Assembly (NCBI GenBank): GCA_000934665.2
Contig: KZ538456.1
Location: 48,922 to 68,921, forward strand
Length of the DNA stretch: 20,000 bases
Reading direction: 5' to 3'
From: Catajapyx aquilonaris
Taxonomy: Eukaryota
Shown here: positions 1 to 11,265 of the stretch, in pieces
Position numbering within the stretch: position 1 is the stretch's first letter
How the letters are laid out: each line of letters begins with the position of its first letter
Program-made: the position numbers and the translations under genes
The notes under the pieces: generated by a model
What the model saw: the letters and a program-made list of their open reading frames with translations, nothing else
Told to the model about the DNA's origin: nothing
Databases searched by the model: none

Positions 1-21
1 TCCAAAAAAAAACACATACCA

Positions 22-77
22 ATGGTGGTAATCCACCACCACGGGGTAAATAAAAAAAATAAAAAAATAAAAAATAA
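22..77 (+). mobile_element. 3' tail of a family-A SINE (body upstream of the window)
   Basis: ATGGTGGTAATCCACCACC-ACGGGGTAAA followed by an A-rich tail. Same ATGGTGGT..CCACC..GGGT frame as the tails at 15011-15086 and 17558-17642(-), but lacking the inner hairpin. Confidence 0.55.
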
Positions 78-420
78 TCACATGTAATCGCGCATGGAGT
101 GTGTTGTAAGTTCCCCTTCTCAAAGAAAAAGAAGATGGGTAGATTTTTCTAAATCAGTCAACAAGTCAGTTAATAGCCAATGACGCCCCTTGAACTTGAA
201 ATCAGAACTAAATTTTTCGCACCTTATTTGTAAACACTAACACCTCCCCATAGTAAACACCATCGGATTCCTACAGTGTAAAACATGTGAAACTGCACGT
301 ATATGACAATGTATCGCAATACAATTAATCTCTAAAGGCAATAAAATGTACAGTATATAGTAATCATATTCTGACTTTAATCTTACTATGAAAACATGCT
401 CATACACCACACTATAACTT

Positions 421-1075
421 CAACAAATCGCAATGAAACGCTGCGACACTTTCGTCAGCAAATAGGACTTGTGCCAATTTGCAACATAGAGCACATAGGA
501 TCTTGTCCTCATTAGCATGGTTCTGAGAGAATAAGTGAATAACCCATTGCATCATCATATTATGTACGGTATATGCAAAATATCTTCCTCACCTTCATAG
601 TCATGACGATCTTGTCAATTAATAACATGAATGCTCATATGAGCTTTAACGACTTCCGACTTCTGATTTTGGATGAACAAATGAACCCTTATTGTGAGAA
701 TATGGCTTTTATGATTTTATTTTTTGTCATTATCTGTGCTATGTTTGATCTTCTTGGAAACCTTATTTTTGCATATACGACGATCCACCTATAAGTTATT
801 TTTTTATCTAATATGCTGATTCCTGGTGGTTCGCAATGTATTGTATGCAGCTGGAGTATAAGTTTCAATTGCAGATGGAAACACCAGGTTCATTTGAAGC
901 TCCAGGACGTGAGACATTGCCACCATTATTATGCATCCATTACGAAGTGGTGGCAGCAGCACAATCTTCTTAATATGGCAGCTCATATTGACGTCTCTCA
1001 ATCTCCTCACTCACATTAGGCACTCTCTCATAATGCATTCCATCAACTTTCCTAAATACCATATGGGTATTTTAG
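421..1075 (-). mobile_element. Decayed C-terminal part of a pogo/Tigger-like (DDE_1) transposase with a PHD-finger-like end
   Basis: Minus-strand translation of 423-551, after removing an 8-bp local duplication (ACTTATTC), reads CNGLFSQNHANEDKILCALCCKLAQVLFADESVAAFHCDL, resembling the terminal PHD finger of insect pogo-like transposases. Upstream fragments KSHILT and EDCAAATT also fit that C-terminus. Many stops and frameshifts. Confidence 0.5.
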
Positions 1076-1399
1076 CACCTACAACAGTAGGCTACAAAAG
1101 GCACATGCTCTGTCATTGGAAGTGACACACAGGTCGAGTTATGACGTTATCTCTATAGAAGGGCCCATAAAAGCGAGAAATTCAACAAAACACGTTTCAC
1201 CATACAAAAGCTTCAATTTTTACACGAGATAGGAACAAGGTGATCCTAAATGATGTCTAAGTTCAAGTTGCTACCATGGGGTTGCAGCACCTTCTCCATA
1301 GAAATATAGCGCCTCAGCAAATTAACGTGGCTACTTTCCCTTATCTTCAAACCTGAACCAAACGTTCCTGCTTTCAATGTAAAAATTAATAAACTACAT

Positions 1400-2198
1400 T
1401 ACCGTAAAATGGGAGGTGGTTAGGGACTTATTTTGGTTTTTAAGAAATTTTAGATGGCAAAAATGGGTGCAAATTAGTAGTTTATTAATTCAAAATGACA
1501 TTATAAAATGTCATATCCACTATTAGCACATACAGTATATTCCACATATATTCCAAAGTTTTAAAGGGATACCATAATTATTCAAAAGTTAGATAAATGC
1601 TGTTTGATTATTTATTGAAATTAAATGAATTTTGAATAGAAATACTACTTTTTTGGGTTTAGGTCAATTATAGTCTAGACCTGTATGTAGCCTGCAACAG
1701 TGGATATTTTACTTCTTGATGATGAAGAAGTAAAATATCCATTGTTGCAGGCTACAGGTCTAGCCTAGAATGGACCTAAACCCAAAAAAGTAGTATTTCT
1801 CCTATTCAAAATTCACTTAATTTCAATAAATAATCCAACAGCAATGCTGATCTAACTTTTGAATAATATTATGGTATCCCATTAAAACTTTGGAATATAT
1901 GTCTTTGCCTTGTCCCTATCACCCCATTGTAGACACAAAACACGCCTGTTTCCAAAAAAATTATAATATGAAGTTTCAATTTTCAGCAATTTAAAGTTTA
2001 ACGATCTCAAATTGGGGGAACTAGTAGAGGCTGAACCAATGAAAAGGCTGATATCGAGACGTTGACAATGTTGCACATATTTGAAGTGAATCATGGTGCA
2101 TAAATAGGGTGGAGGAAAAGGTAAACATTATTGTCCATGTTTTTCACTCAATGGGGAAATATCCTGCTGATTATGCCACCATAAAATCACCCACGGTA
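1400..2198. mobile_element. Possible TA-flanked Tc1/pogo-type non-autonomous element containing the fold-back
   Basis: Left end TA-CCGTAAAATGGGAGGTGGTTAGGGAC; partial reverse complement GTCCCTATCACCCCATT at 1912-1928; degenerate right end TCACCCACGG-TA at 2187-2198. Confidence 0.3.
1544..1902. repeat. Long imperfect inverted repeat (fold-back), about 175-bp arms with a 7-nt spacer
   Basis: ACATATATTCCAAAGTTTTAA... at 1544 is the reverse complement of ...TTAAAACTTTGGAATATATGT ending at 1902. Centre TTTTACTTCTT-GATGATG-AAGAAGTAAAA (spacer 1718-1724). Arms differ by scattered substitutions and small indels. Confidence 0.95.
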
Positions 2199-2944
2199 TC
2201 TCAGTGGCTTAAGCAACAGGATATTCCATTATTATCATTCAGCATGGTGGCGACACGAACATTAACATGCCATTATCTCTACAAAAAATTGGTTCCACAT
2301 TGATATTCGATCCTCATTGTTGCAATCTGCCATTCCCAACCATAAATTCACTACAGAGGTGATTCTAATTCGGGATGACATTAGTGAGCTATTAACCACT
2401 AAAACTAAAATTTTATTAATAATAAGCAGCTTAGTTCGAAAAAAATCGCTACAACAATTGTTACGTTTTGGATCACATAAAAATACATAATCCGGCAATC
2501 GGAGATTTCCCTTGAGATTTCCTCCTTACAGCCAGTTGTATCAACTCAATAAGTCTTAGAGCAGGTGCGTGCCTATCTCACACCCTCTATACTAGTTCCA
2601 ACCTGAAAATACATATCCCACCCACCGCCTTATCAAAATTCTACCCACTCCGAATAACCCACCGATGCTCGGCAAGAAGATGAGAAGCCTTGCGTACGAT
2701 AATTTCCTAGACACCCTGTGTGAAATTCGGTCAAATTCATGACATGATAACTCCGCCTTGGCTCCCATCTCGCCCTATACTGTACGTCACGTCATTAATG
2801 GTTGTCATTCTGACTAAGCTGTGGCAGATATTTACCTTGGGGACATATCAGAATATCGTTTGCCGCATACCAGTACAGTAGACTACACCTATAACCACGT
2901 ATAGTATACGATCCTACAATATGGAAGAGGTCTAAAAATAATGC

Positions 2945-3450
2945 ACTTGTTGAGGCCTATTTAAGATGATAATGTCACTATGAGCAGGTACGGCGACTTC
3001 AATAAAAAAACTAGTTGATGTGTGTGCTCCACTGCTTATTTACGAATAAGTGAATATTTTGACTTCTATTGTACTATTAGAATTGGAGCCAACAGATCTC
3101 TAGAATTTCACTGAACGTCGTTGAAGCCCCTCATTCTTGCTAGGGATAATACGTTACCAGGCCTTCGGACTCCAATCCTCCAATTGCTGGGCTTCCGAAA
3201 ATGCTGCGAAGAACCGGAAAAAACTTAGCACTCAATGGACCTAATAACAGGATGTAAATCAAACTGCCGTAGTTGACACTAAACTCACAAAAGGCTAAAT
3301 GCTGCAGCCTGCAGCTCAGGTTCACTCTTTGTGGCTGCCATTCTTCTTCTGCACTATACCAACCGAGACCTGGACCTTATTTGGTACGTGTATACAGAAT
3401 CCGAAGAAGTCCTGGTTGCTACTACAAGTATCCGTCTAATATAGCCATGA
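2945..3450 (-). mobile_element. Highly decayed piggyBac-like transposase relic
   Basis: Across frames on the minus strand, in the expected order: ILDGYL...GFCIHVPNK (cf. IDEQL...FRQYIPNKP), DLLAPIL...HLFVNKQWST (cf. LLEPYL...HLFVDNWYTS), VPAHSDIIILNR (cf. TPACGTVRLNR). A piggyBac-like end, AAGGGTTAC, lies at 4237-4245. Confidence 0.35.
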
Positions 3451-4612
3451 AGACAATGGAAGGTAACCCAATTTTCTGCATATTTTCGAAGTCGTGAACC
3501 TCACCCGAATTGTTCTTGAACCTACTCGGATGGGTATTGTGTATTCGCAGAGCAAAGTGGGCTACATACCAACTAATAGCAAACATCATTGTGATTTACA
3601 GTAGCTAGTCTAAACAAGCACGGCGACTCGAATATGTCCGGATGTTATTATTTGCAGCCGTTAATTAACTGCTAAATATGTCCCTCCTACACGTCGACCA
3701 AGTAAGGTCATTCTCTGATCATGCTTTGTTACGAATATCCAAAGGTCCTGAAGAAATGTTCCGTGGTACCTGGAATGCCACTAATCTATTATATAATTAG
3801 ATCAAAATTAATTTTGCATTTTATTTTGAACTCATATTGGAAGACGTGAGGTCAATGTTTCTTTGTGACCTCGACGTTTTTACACCTATCCAAACAAACC
3901 CTATTCTTTTATCACAATGCCAAGGTGTCATACCGAACTCGCAAGATTCCCATTCTTTGACATTGCGTAATTGTTATGCAAATGACATCCGCATTCTTAG
4001 GTTACGCGCCGTATTCTCTTACAACTAAAAGATCTGAAATGCAGAACGATCAGAGTCACAGTCGAGTGATTCCGAGATAAGAGCCTTTGAAGTTTGAAGA
4101 ATGCCTTAGATCTTATGGGTTCCATTTTAAACAAAAAAGCTTCTGCAGAAGCCAACAATTGCTGTATGACAAAACTTTAGTTTTCTGGCTTCGATAGAAA
4201 ATCAATTTAAAAACTGGACCATCAGAAAATCGCGTTAAGGGTTACGTTATAAAAATCTTATTTAATTTCCACAGGAATATGACTAACCGCTCTGAATATC
4301 AGATCCTCAATTTCTATAGCCCTTCATAGTGGAACGAATACAAGGTGTTTCAGAAAGATACTGACAAACTTGTGGGCTGTGGTCCCATGCGAGCCAGAGG
4401 ATCACCATATCGATGTGGGGGAGGGTCATTTTGTATCCGAAGTCTACTTTAATAACGAGATTCAGAGACAGTCTAAGCATGTAGGCTTAACTGCTGACGT
4501 CACCAAATTTAAAACCACAGTATAAAGTTGGTTAACCTCTGTGAATCTCGTCCCTAAGGTGGATTTGCAAGCTCGCGATCTTTGCGAGCTAATTCGGGTT
4601 GCAAAATACTCG

Positions 4613-5496
4613 TACAAGGTTGTTCAAATATGAACGGGATTAATTTTTTTTAGAACATTCCTTATTATACATTGACTTCTTTTTCATGTCACCCTTCATG
4701 ACACTCCTCACTGGGCACTACACATTTTCTTCAGCATTATGGTAGTTATTTTATCCCATTTTCAAAAATGTTTTTTTGATTGTGGGCGTATACACTCTGT
4801 AACAATTGCCATCACAGGATCGTTGTCTTCACACCGCGTACTCCGGCTATAACTGTAACAGACGCAAGTCTTCCAAACAAGTAGAAATCACTTGAGGTCA
4901 CATCTGCGATAAAGGATGAGTTTACAGGAAAGTCCCATCTGACCTTTTTTTATTTTATTGCGATGTGGGGTCTTGCTTTGTCTTGGAGGAAGTATATCCT
5001 ATTTCCTCCAGTCGTTCGGACTTGTTTCTTCACATGACTGAATACTATTATACAGTGATTGTTCTGCCTTCTGGTAACAAATCAACATGAATAATTTCCT
5101 TCCAATCCCCTCAAAAAGTCATCACAACTATTCCAGCGGAGCGCATCCTTAGCGGCTTTTTGGGTCATGAGGTTCTCCACTATCTCAGTTCCCTTTCTGA
5201 AGGCTTTACACCACTCAAACACATGGGTTCGAGAGAGATACTCTTCCCCATACTGTTTATTAACTCTCTGCCAAATTTCTAATGGGTTGACGTTTTATAT
5301 AACGAGAAATTTGATGAACATGCGTGGTTCCGCGCTCCATGGCACTTTCTGCTCGGTTATCTCTCCTGGAAATTCCAGACAAGACTGAGAAGAGGGGATG
5401 GGTTTAGGCTTCAATTTTGCAAGGTCGTTAATTTGTTGGACGGATTTATTTGTTCGGGAAAAATCTGTGCCAATCATATTTACGTATAATCTCGTG
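4613..5496 (-). mobile_element. Internally deleted, decayed mariner (DD34D-type) element
   Basis: Minus-strand pieces: PRMFIKFLVI*NVNPLEIWQRVNKQYGEEYLSRTHVFEWCKAFRKG (mariner HTH), KKPLRMRSAGIVVMTF*GDWKEIIHVDLLPEGRTI, FLQDKARPHIA (cf. HDNARPH), SSFIADVTSSDFYLFGRL (cf. YSPDLAPSDFHLF). TIR TA-CAAGGTTGTTCAAATATGAACGGGATT at 4613, with a degenerate counterpart AAATCTGTGCCAATCATATTT... at about 5461-5496. Confidence 0.85.
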
Positions 5497-5943
5497 TCCT
5501 ATAATGTACGAGTTCTTTTGGCTTTGACGTTTAGCGTGGCGAGTACTTTAGTACATACTGTACTTCGACAGTTATGCTCTGTCTGTCCAAGGTTGAAGGC
5601 CAGAGTAATCCACGAAACTTTGTGGGGATAGTTTAAAACAAGGGGACCATTACACATGTTAGGGAGACTGATCTGGTGTCATTCTCTCCTTCCCATCCAT
5701 TTTGGTGCATATGTCTGCATATGTTGACATTGGTCTCTTACTATCAGCGGGATAGTTTAGTCCTAATATCGCGTTTTGGCATATGCCTATTTACATCGGT
5801 ACAGATATGGTTACAGTTATAGTTGAAGTTTGTAAGATTACATTGCTGTTTATGTCGTATGTCGAATGCAGGGTACGAAGATTACAGATATTGTGAAAAG
5901 AGGAGGGGGTGGGGGAGGAAGGGGAAATATGGAGATAACAGGT

Positions 5944-5957
5944 GGGGGGGGGGGGGN
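5944..5957. other. Poly-G run ending in an N (assembly uncertainty)
   Basis: 13 G followed by n at 5957. Confidence 0.9.
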
Positions 5958-6074
5958 AGTTGTAGTGTATAGGTAAAAAATAGTCGGTTTATGTCTTTAT
6001 GGGCTTATTTTCGCTATACCGGTACGTTATTAAAGATTTATATGAGAGTCCTACTTGGGGAAGGATAGATATAT

Positions 6075-6352
6075 TATTTAAAAATCTTATACTGGAGGCT
6101 ATTGGTTATCCCTGGGTAGGCCTGTGGCCCCTGAGGTATCTTCTTTTGAATACCCGTCTTTATTTAATGGATGCGCTGGAGATGGATTTTGATTGTTGGA
6201 GAAAACGGAAGAGGAGAACCTCGAGAAACCAACACGAGAGAACCTACCAAAAGTAAATTTCCAAACGAGCAAATCACTTTGATCAGGGGATCGAATCCGG
6301 ACAGATGGAAGGCTGCCAGTGGGGTTAACCACTACACCACCATGCCGCCGCT
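6075..6352 (-). mobile_element. tRNA-derived SINE (type B) with a V-domain-like core
   Basis: Minus strand: A box TGGTGTAGTGG (6329-6339), B box GGATTCGATCCC (6287-6298), core GTTCTCTCGTGTTGGTTTCTCGAGGTTCTCCTCTTCCGTTTTCTCCAACAATCAAAA, tail CCTCAGGGGCCACAGGCCTACCCAGGGATAA. Only a weak TSD-like match in the flanks. Confidence 0.75.
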
Positions 6353-6878
6353 CTGGGAGATGGATATTCCACAAGGGAGTAGGGTGTTATACGATCGTAT
6401 TTTACAGTAAATAACTCTCTGGGGGGGTCCATCCTATTGTTACACTAAGCAGTCTTTGGAATGCAAGATGTCTGATGAACACAGCAAGTGTTTTGACCGG
6501 AGTCGAAATCACGATTTTAGTTTAGTCTGTCTGGGGCATAATCCATAGACTATCACTATACAGTGCCCAGAATGACACACTGTGACACTAGTCTGGATCA
6601 ATATCTAGACTGCACGAGTACCCTAAAAGCCACACACCTACATCTCCCACAGTTCATCTCATATGAACATTGTAAATCACCAGTATTATACCCAGATGGT
6701 TAAACTATCCAGATCTTAATATATGGAACCCAATACAGCAATATTTTAGACCTATACTCCAGCAGAATAATCCACAGTATAATTGCCTTGTTGCTGGACC
6801 ATTTGATATAACGTTTTCCCTGTAAAAAATTGAAATACTGCATGTTATGTACTCTCATTGCAGCCTCTAAATGAGGAA

Positions 6879-6922
6879 TATTTCAACTTAGATGTGTCTA
6901 TAGACACATCTAAGTTGAAATA
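6879..6922. repeat. Perfect spacerless 44-bp palindrome
   Basis: TATTTCAACTTAGATGTGTCTA|TAGACACATCTAAGTTGAAATA, followed directly by GTTCAGTTA x2. Confidence 0.97.
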
Positions 6923-7311
6923 GTTCAGTTAGTTCAGTTAGTTGACAAAAACCAATGTAGTTTTAACGATGCTGCTCTGTACATGAGAAACTATTTGCCG
7001 CGCCATCACTATTTCGGTTTGCATTTTTAAATGCGGACAAGGGAAAATTGGAAGATGTTTTTAAAATACTCGTAGAGATAAGAAGGATGGCGGTGGTGTT
7101 AAAGGAGACGCAGAGAAGACTGATGGGTGTGTTTTTCTGTACATGCAACAATTTCAAGTTACAGTTCAAATATCACAAACTTATGGAGATAATATTCTTA
7201 TAATCCTCAGCAAAACATTTGAACTGAAAAAATCTGCAAATCCAGACTATAAGGCCATGGATAAGCAATCTGATTTTTCCTACTTCAAAGGAGGATCAAG
7301 GCTTCCGACGT

Positions 7312-7614
7312 TTACTGCCATAAAAATGAATGACCGGTTGCCGGTGACTTACAGGGTGTTTTGACTTGCCGACAGGCTTGTCGCATATTGCGTCTTGGGC
7401 GACAAGCTGGAATCCATTTTTGGAGAACTGAACACCGTTTTGGGCCGACATCTTTCGGGCTTCTTCCCTCTGCCACTCGAGTGAAGCTCTGATCCGATTC
7501 ACTTATTGAGAAGTGAAGCAAAAGTCTCCAGATGTTATATACCTGTATATTAAGGCAGCTCATTTGGTATGCTCTCTGACTGCCACACCACACCTTTCTA
7601 GCATAGTTACGCAA
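7312..7614 (-). mobile_element. Possible decayed piggyBac C-terminus (cysteine-rich domain)
   Basis: ORF-track fragments YARKVW..QMSCLNIQVYNI and PKRCSV/KNG..ICDK..HP loosely resemble piggyBac RKTVKW..QMA.LNAY and KRCRVC.KNG..C..C..HP. AAGGGTTAA ends at 8087-8095 and 8272-8280. Confidence 0.3.
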
Positions 7615-9099
7615 CGAACTGAATCATAGGAATAGAAAATGAAAACTGCAAGAAACATACTCAACACCAGATGTTTCTATTCAACCAACGACATTACAAT
7701 ATGTATAAGTGATGAGGAGATTTTGCATACATCTTGTCAATACTTTCACCTTCCCCTATCGAGATGATGAAGTAATATGTTGCCAACAGATGTGGTAGTA
7801 GACTATGCGAGAGGTGAGGTGGCTAACTCATGCAGAAAAGTAGGGCTACTAGCTTATGTAGTAACAAATCATGTCAAGTTCATGACAAGTATGCCACAAG
7901 AATTAAGACATCACGAATATATTTGTTTAATCGCATTGGGTCTTTCCTAATGGCAGACAGCATGTGTAAGATACTGTATTGCTTGTTTACAGTATCAGCA
8001 CGTATAGTGAGACGAATATATTGAAGGTAGCATTAATATTCATTTTTGAAGTACCGGCATGGCGTCAATAGTCTCGTGCGTCAAACAAGGGTTAACGTAA
8101 TAATCCTTCAATTCTCAATAGCATCCCGCCATTTCTTAATGATTTCAAGGTGCTAAACACGAATATGACAATTAAAATGCAAAATTGGCTACGGTTTCTG
8201 AGAAACCCGCAATAGTTTCTTATATAATAGAGCTATAAGTAGACACGTAGTACATATGGCATGTACCAGAAAAGGGTTAAAATATGAGTTAAAATCAGTA
8301 TTTTCAAGTGCTTGAAAGCAGGAGGAGGCTTTAGGCAGTGCCTTTCACACCCAAAGTATAGTGAATTCTATTAACTCCCATGTAAATATGAATTATAAAG
8401 TACATGGATCAGTTAGCTTTATGAATGTCACCAAAACACAGAGCAAAAGCAAAAAACAACTATAATACAACTTTTAAACGATAATAACGCTGTTAGGAAA
8501 AGGAGACCAGCCGCCGATCTGCTAGTTACATTTTTTTCAAACTCCAAAAAGTAAACTAAATTAAACGTAATATGTACAGGATTGGCTTCGTCACTGACAA
8601 CGTGTATAGAAGAAAATTGAGTAGGTCTATGGGAAGACAATTGCGCTGTGGAAAAATCAATAATAGCTATTTACATTAGAGATAATAAAAATCACCATCT
8701 TGGGTGTCTAAGTCATTGTCTAAACATCTTTCTTTCATGCACTAGATTTTTAAAAACTCTTTTTTGACGCTCATCCCCATAATCTTCCCTAAGAAGTACC
8801 CTTATATTTCATAATTCAGTATTTCCAGCTTTACCATTTTATTCCTCATCCCAAGAAACTTCTATGCACCAAAAACCTTGCCGATATCACTTATAATATG
8901 TTATATGTAGCTTCCTCAGAGCCTTGCATAGTAGATCAATTTTTGACCTTTTGACCCCCGCATCTCAAAAACTATTGAGATCTAGGACTTTTCAGGAAAG
9001 CTGTTTTCTTTCTAGCAGATAGATAACCTGAAAAAGCACAAGTTGAACATGAACTTAACAGAAATTCGCGTGGTTCCCTTGTGATTCGTATATACATGA

Positions 9100-9220
9100 C
9101 CATATTTATGACCATGCCTGTTTCTCCTAAACTAGAGCCAATCAACAAACATTGTCATTTTCGTGTTCAGCACCTCGAAATTAGTCAAGATTTGATATTT
9201 TTCAGTGTTGCCCAGTGTTA
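9100..9220. mobile_element. Possible terminal fragment of a CAC...GTG-type (Chapaev3-like) DNA transposon
   Basis: TTCGTGTTCAGCACCTCGAAATTAGTC...GTTGCCCAGTG|TTA resembles, from memory, Chapaev3 3' ends with a TWA target. A second GTG-ending terminus-like string, GGTTCCCTTGTG, ends at 9083. No partner end found. Confidence 0.3.
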
Positions 9221-9610
9221 TTAAAGTACCAAAATGCAACTCATGTCCGTCCTATCTTCAGAAAAATATTAGTAATAATAATAATACCGAGGCGCCAACA
9301 ACGTACCAGACATTTATTCAGAAAATATTATAATTTATAAATCCAAATTGCATTATCATATGAAAATATCAATTGGTACAATTTGTGGGACTTTCGTTCC
9401 TGTTTAATAATCTACGTTATTAGAGCACTTTTTGAAGAAAAAAAAAAACAACACTATAACGCTCCAGCCCCCAGGGTTCAAGCCATTTGCCAGGGGTTTT
9501 CCTTTGATTATTATCTGTCTGAACTGGGCTAGATCTCTGCCTTGCTAAGGTGGAAAACCAATAAAGATATACTGTGCCAGATGGCTCAACAGGGGCGGTG
9601 CACTTATTAA

Positions 9611-9642
9611 NNNNNNNNNNNCCCCCCCCCCCCCCCCCCCCC
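9611..9642. other. Assembly gap (11 N) followed by a poly-C run
   Basis: N at 9611-9621, C21 at 9622-9642. Confidence 0.95.
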
Positions 9643-9869
9643 GACACGACATGGGGATTTTATCTTGCATCACTTACTATTTGTTTCCTGCTAGAGTTGA
9701 ACTGCTCATAGGATTTAACTTGATTAAAAAAAAACCTGGCACTATGACCAAATACTAGCTCAAAATTTCGCGGCACATTTCGAAATAACATTGTTGCCAA
9801 ACGTTTTCCTAAAAGGTAACCCAGCAGATGGCAGCTGCGACGCGTCGTCTGCTGTATATTGCTACCTGC

Positions 9870-11165
9870 TGTATGACACGACCTCCAAACCTATTTATTA
9901 ATGGCCCTGAATATTGAATGCCCATGGCCCACTTACCTCACTAGCCATTGTCAGCTCTGCACAGAGTCCGATACAGAATCAGAGTAGATGTGACAAAGCA
10001 CGTGTCTTCAGCTGGTATTTAAGTCCCAAAAGTCGTCCCGTGCTGTGGGTTCATGACTACTGTCCCATAATCGCACCTGGCAGATGGGTGGATCGTCACA
10101 AGCAGACAACGTCAATTTATATCCAGTGGGAGCTGGATATAGGGGGCTAAAGGGCATTAAATAGTGCACGTGTCAGATGATAGCTACACAAAGATATTTA
10201 GTGCTATTTACTAAGCTATTTACCAGGCTTTTCCGTTGTTCCTTGGGCCATGACAGCAAGGTCCTTCCTGGACTTATGATGTATGATCAGTATAGTTGTA
10301 ACTAGTCAGTCCCATGCTCTTCCCGATCTTTTACAGGATTTGTGGAGACATCCACCAAGGCCATCCACCAGCTGATAGTAGCTGAAGTGTACATGCATTA
10401 CGTAATACAGATATGTCGACGCCTCCTTAGTCAGGCTCATATCGCAGAACCGCCTGTGCGGTTTTTTTGCAATCACGTTCCATAAACAAAACATGGCATG
10501 GCCTATTAATGGGCAGTATAATTCCATGAAGGCCGGAGTCACGCGGTCACATGTATTGGCAACAACGCGGAAATAAATATGGCTGACTCCAGACGACGGT
10601 CTGCTCATCTCACGAGAGGCGGAAGTGGTTGGTAGTACAAAGCTGCGCGGATTGCTTCCATCCCTTGAGTGTAAGTGCCTGTTAAAGGCTGGGGTGGGCA
10701 GTGTAATATCTAATAGGCCTAAGTCGTTTTCCTTGCTATCGATCTGGCGCCAACTAGTTCCACTTGGGTTGACAGCTTGGTGGCGGGCGGCATCGGCACT
10801 GTGCCTTTTTTAAATGTATGGTAGCGGTACTAGTACCTGTGAGCGAAGTTTGAACTGGTGGAACAGTCAGCAGGAGCAGGCTTGAGGAGGTAGTGCGCAG
10901 GAGTTATGTTACAAGTACCAGTGTACCGGTAATTATTATTGTTTTTATATGTGAAAGTGGGTTGTATTGATTCAGTCAGAGAATATAGTGTCATTAGCCT
11001 TTAATTATCAGTTTTGTTATTGGCGTTGTTGAAAGCTGTTGTTGTTCGTTGAGACCTCAAAGGGTACCTTCCGTGCCAATTCCATAATCAGAACACAGCC
11101 GTAACCTACGAAGGGCATACTTGGGGCGCTACCCTGGGCCGTACAATTCTGTCGCACCATTGTGA
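9870..11165 (+). mobile_element. Candidate LTR (Gypsy-like) followed by a degenerate primer-binding site
   Basis: GC-richer non-coding block from TGTATGAC (9870) to GCCGTACA (11145), an imperfect terminal inverted repeat (6/8). Followed by TGTCGCACCATTGTG, resembling the tRNA-Lys PBS TGGCGCCCAACGTG. Left boundary uncertain; no TSD or gag/pol seen. Confidence 0.35.
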
Positions 11166-11265
11166 TGTCAGCAGGGCTGGAGAGCCACGATCCATCTTTA
11201 ACTATTTTGTTCCTGTTATGTGCCCAACTCCGTATGCATTACATGTGTTCAAGTACAGGGTAGCG

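Noticed and set aside
4339..4380. TA-CAAGGTGTTTCAGAAAG Tc1/mariner-like end (similar end GACACCCTGT at 2710-2719)
   Set aside because: No correctly oriented partner TIR, so no element can be delimited.
5901..5957. G-quadruplex-capable G tracts
   Set aside because: Abuts an N, so homopolymer length is unreliable; no functional context.
6472..6510. CTGATGA...GAC-CGGA-GTC-GAAA hammerhead-like string
   Set aside because: The two core boxes do not close a single stem II, and no stem III is evident.
9465..9735. B-box-like GGTTCAAGCC and a downstream A run suggesting another SINE
   Set aside because: No A box, interrupted by an assembly gap, and no second copy or TSD in the window.
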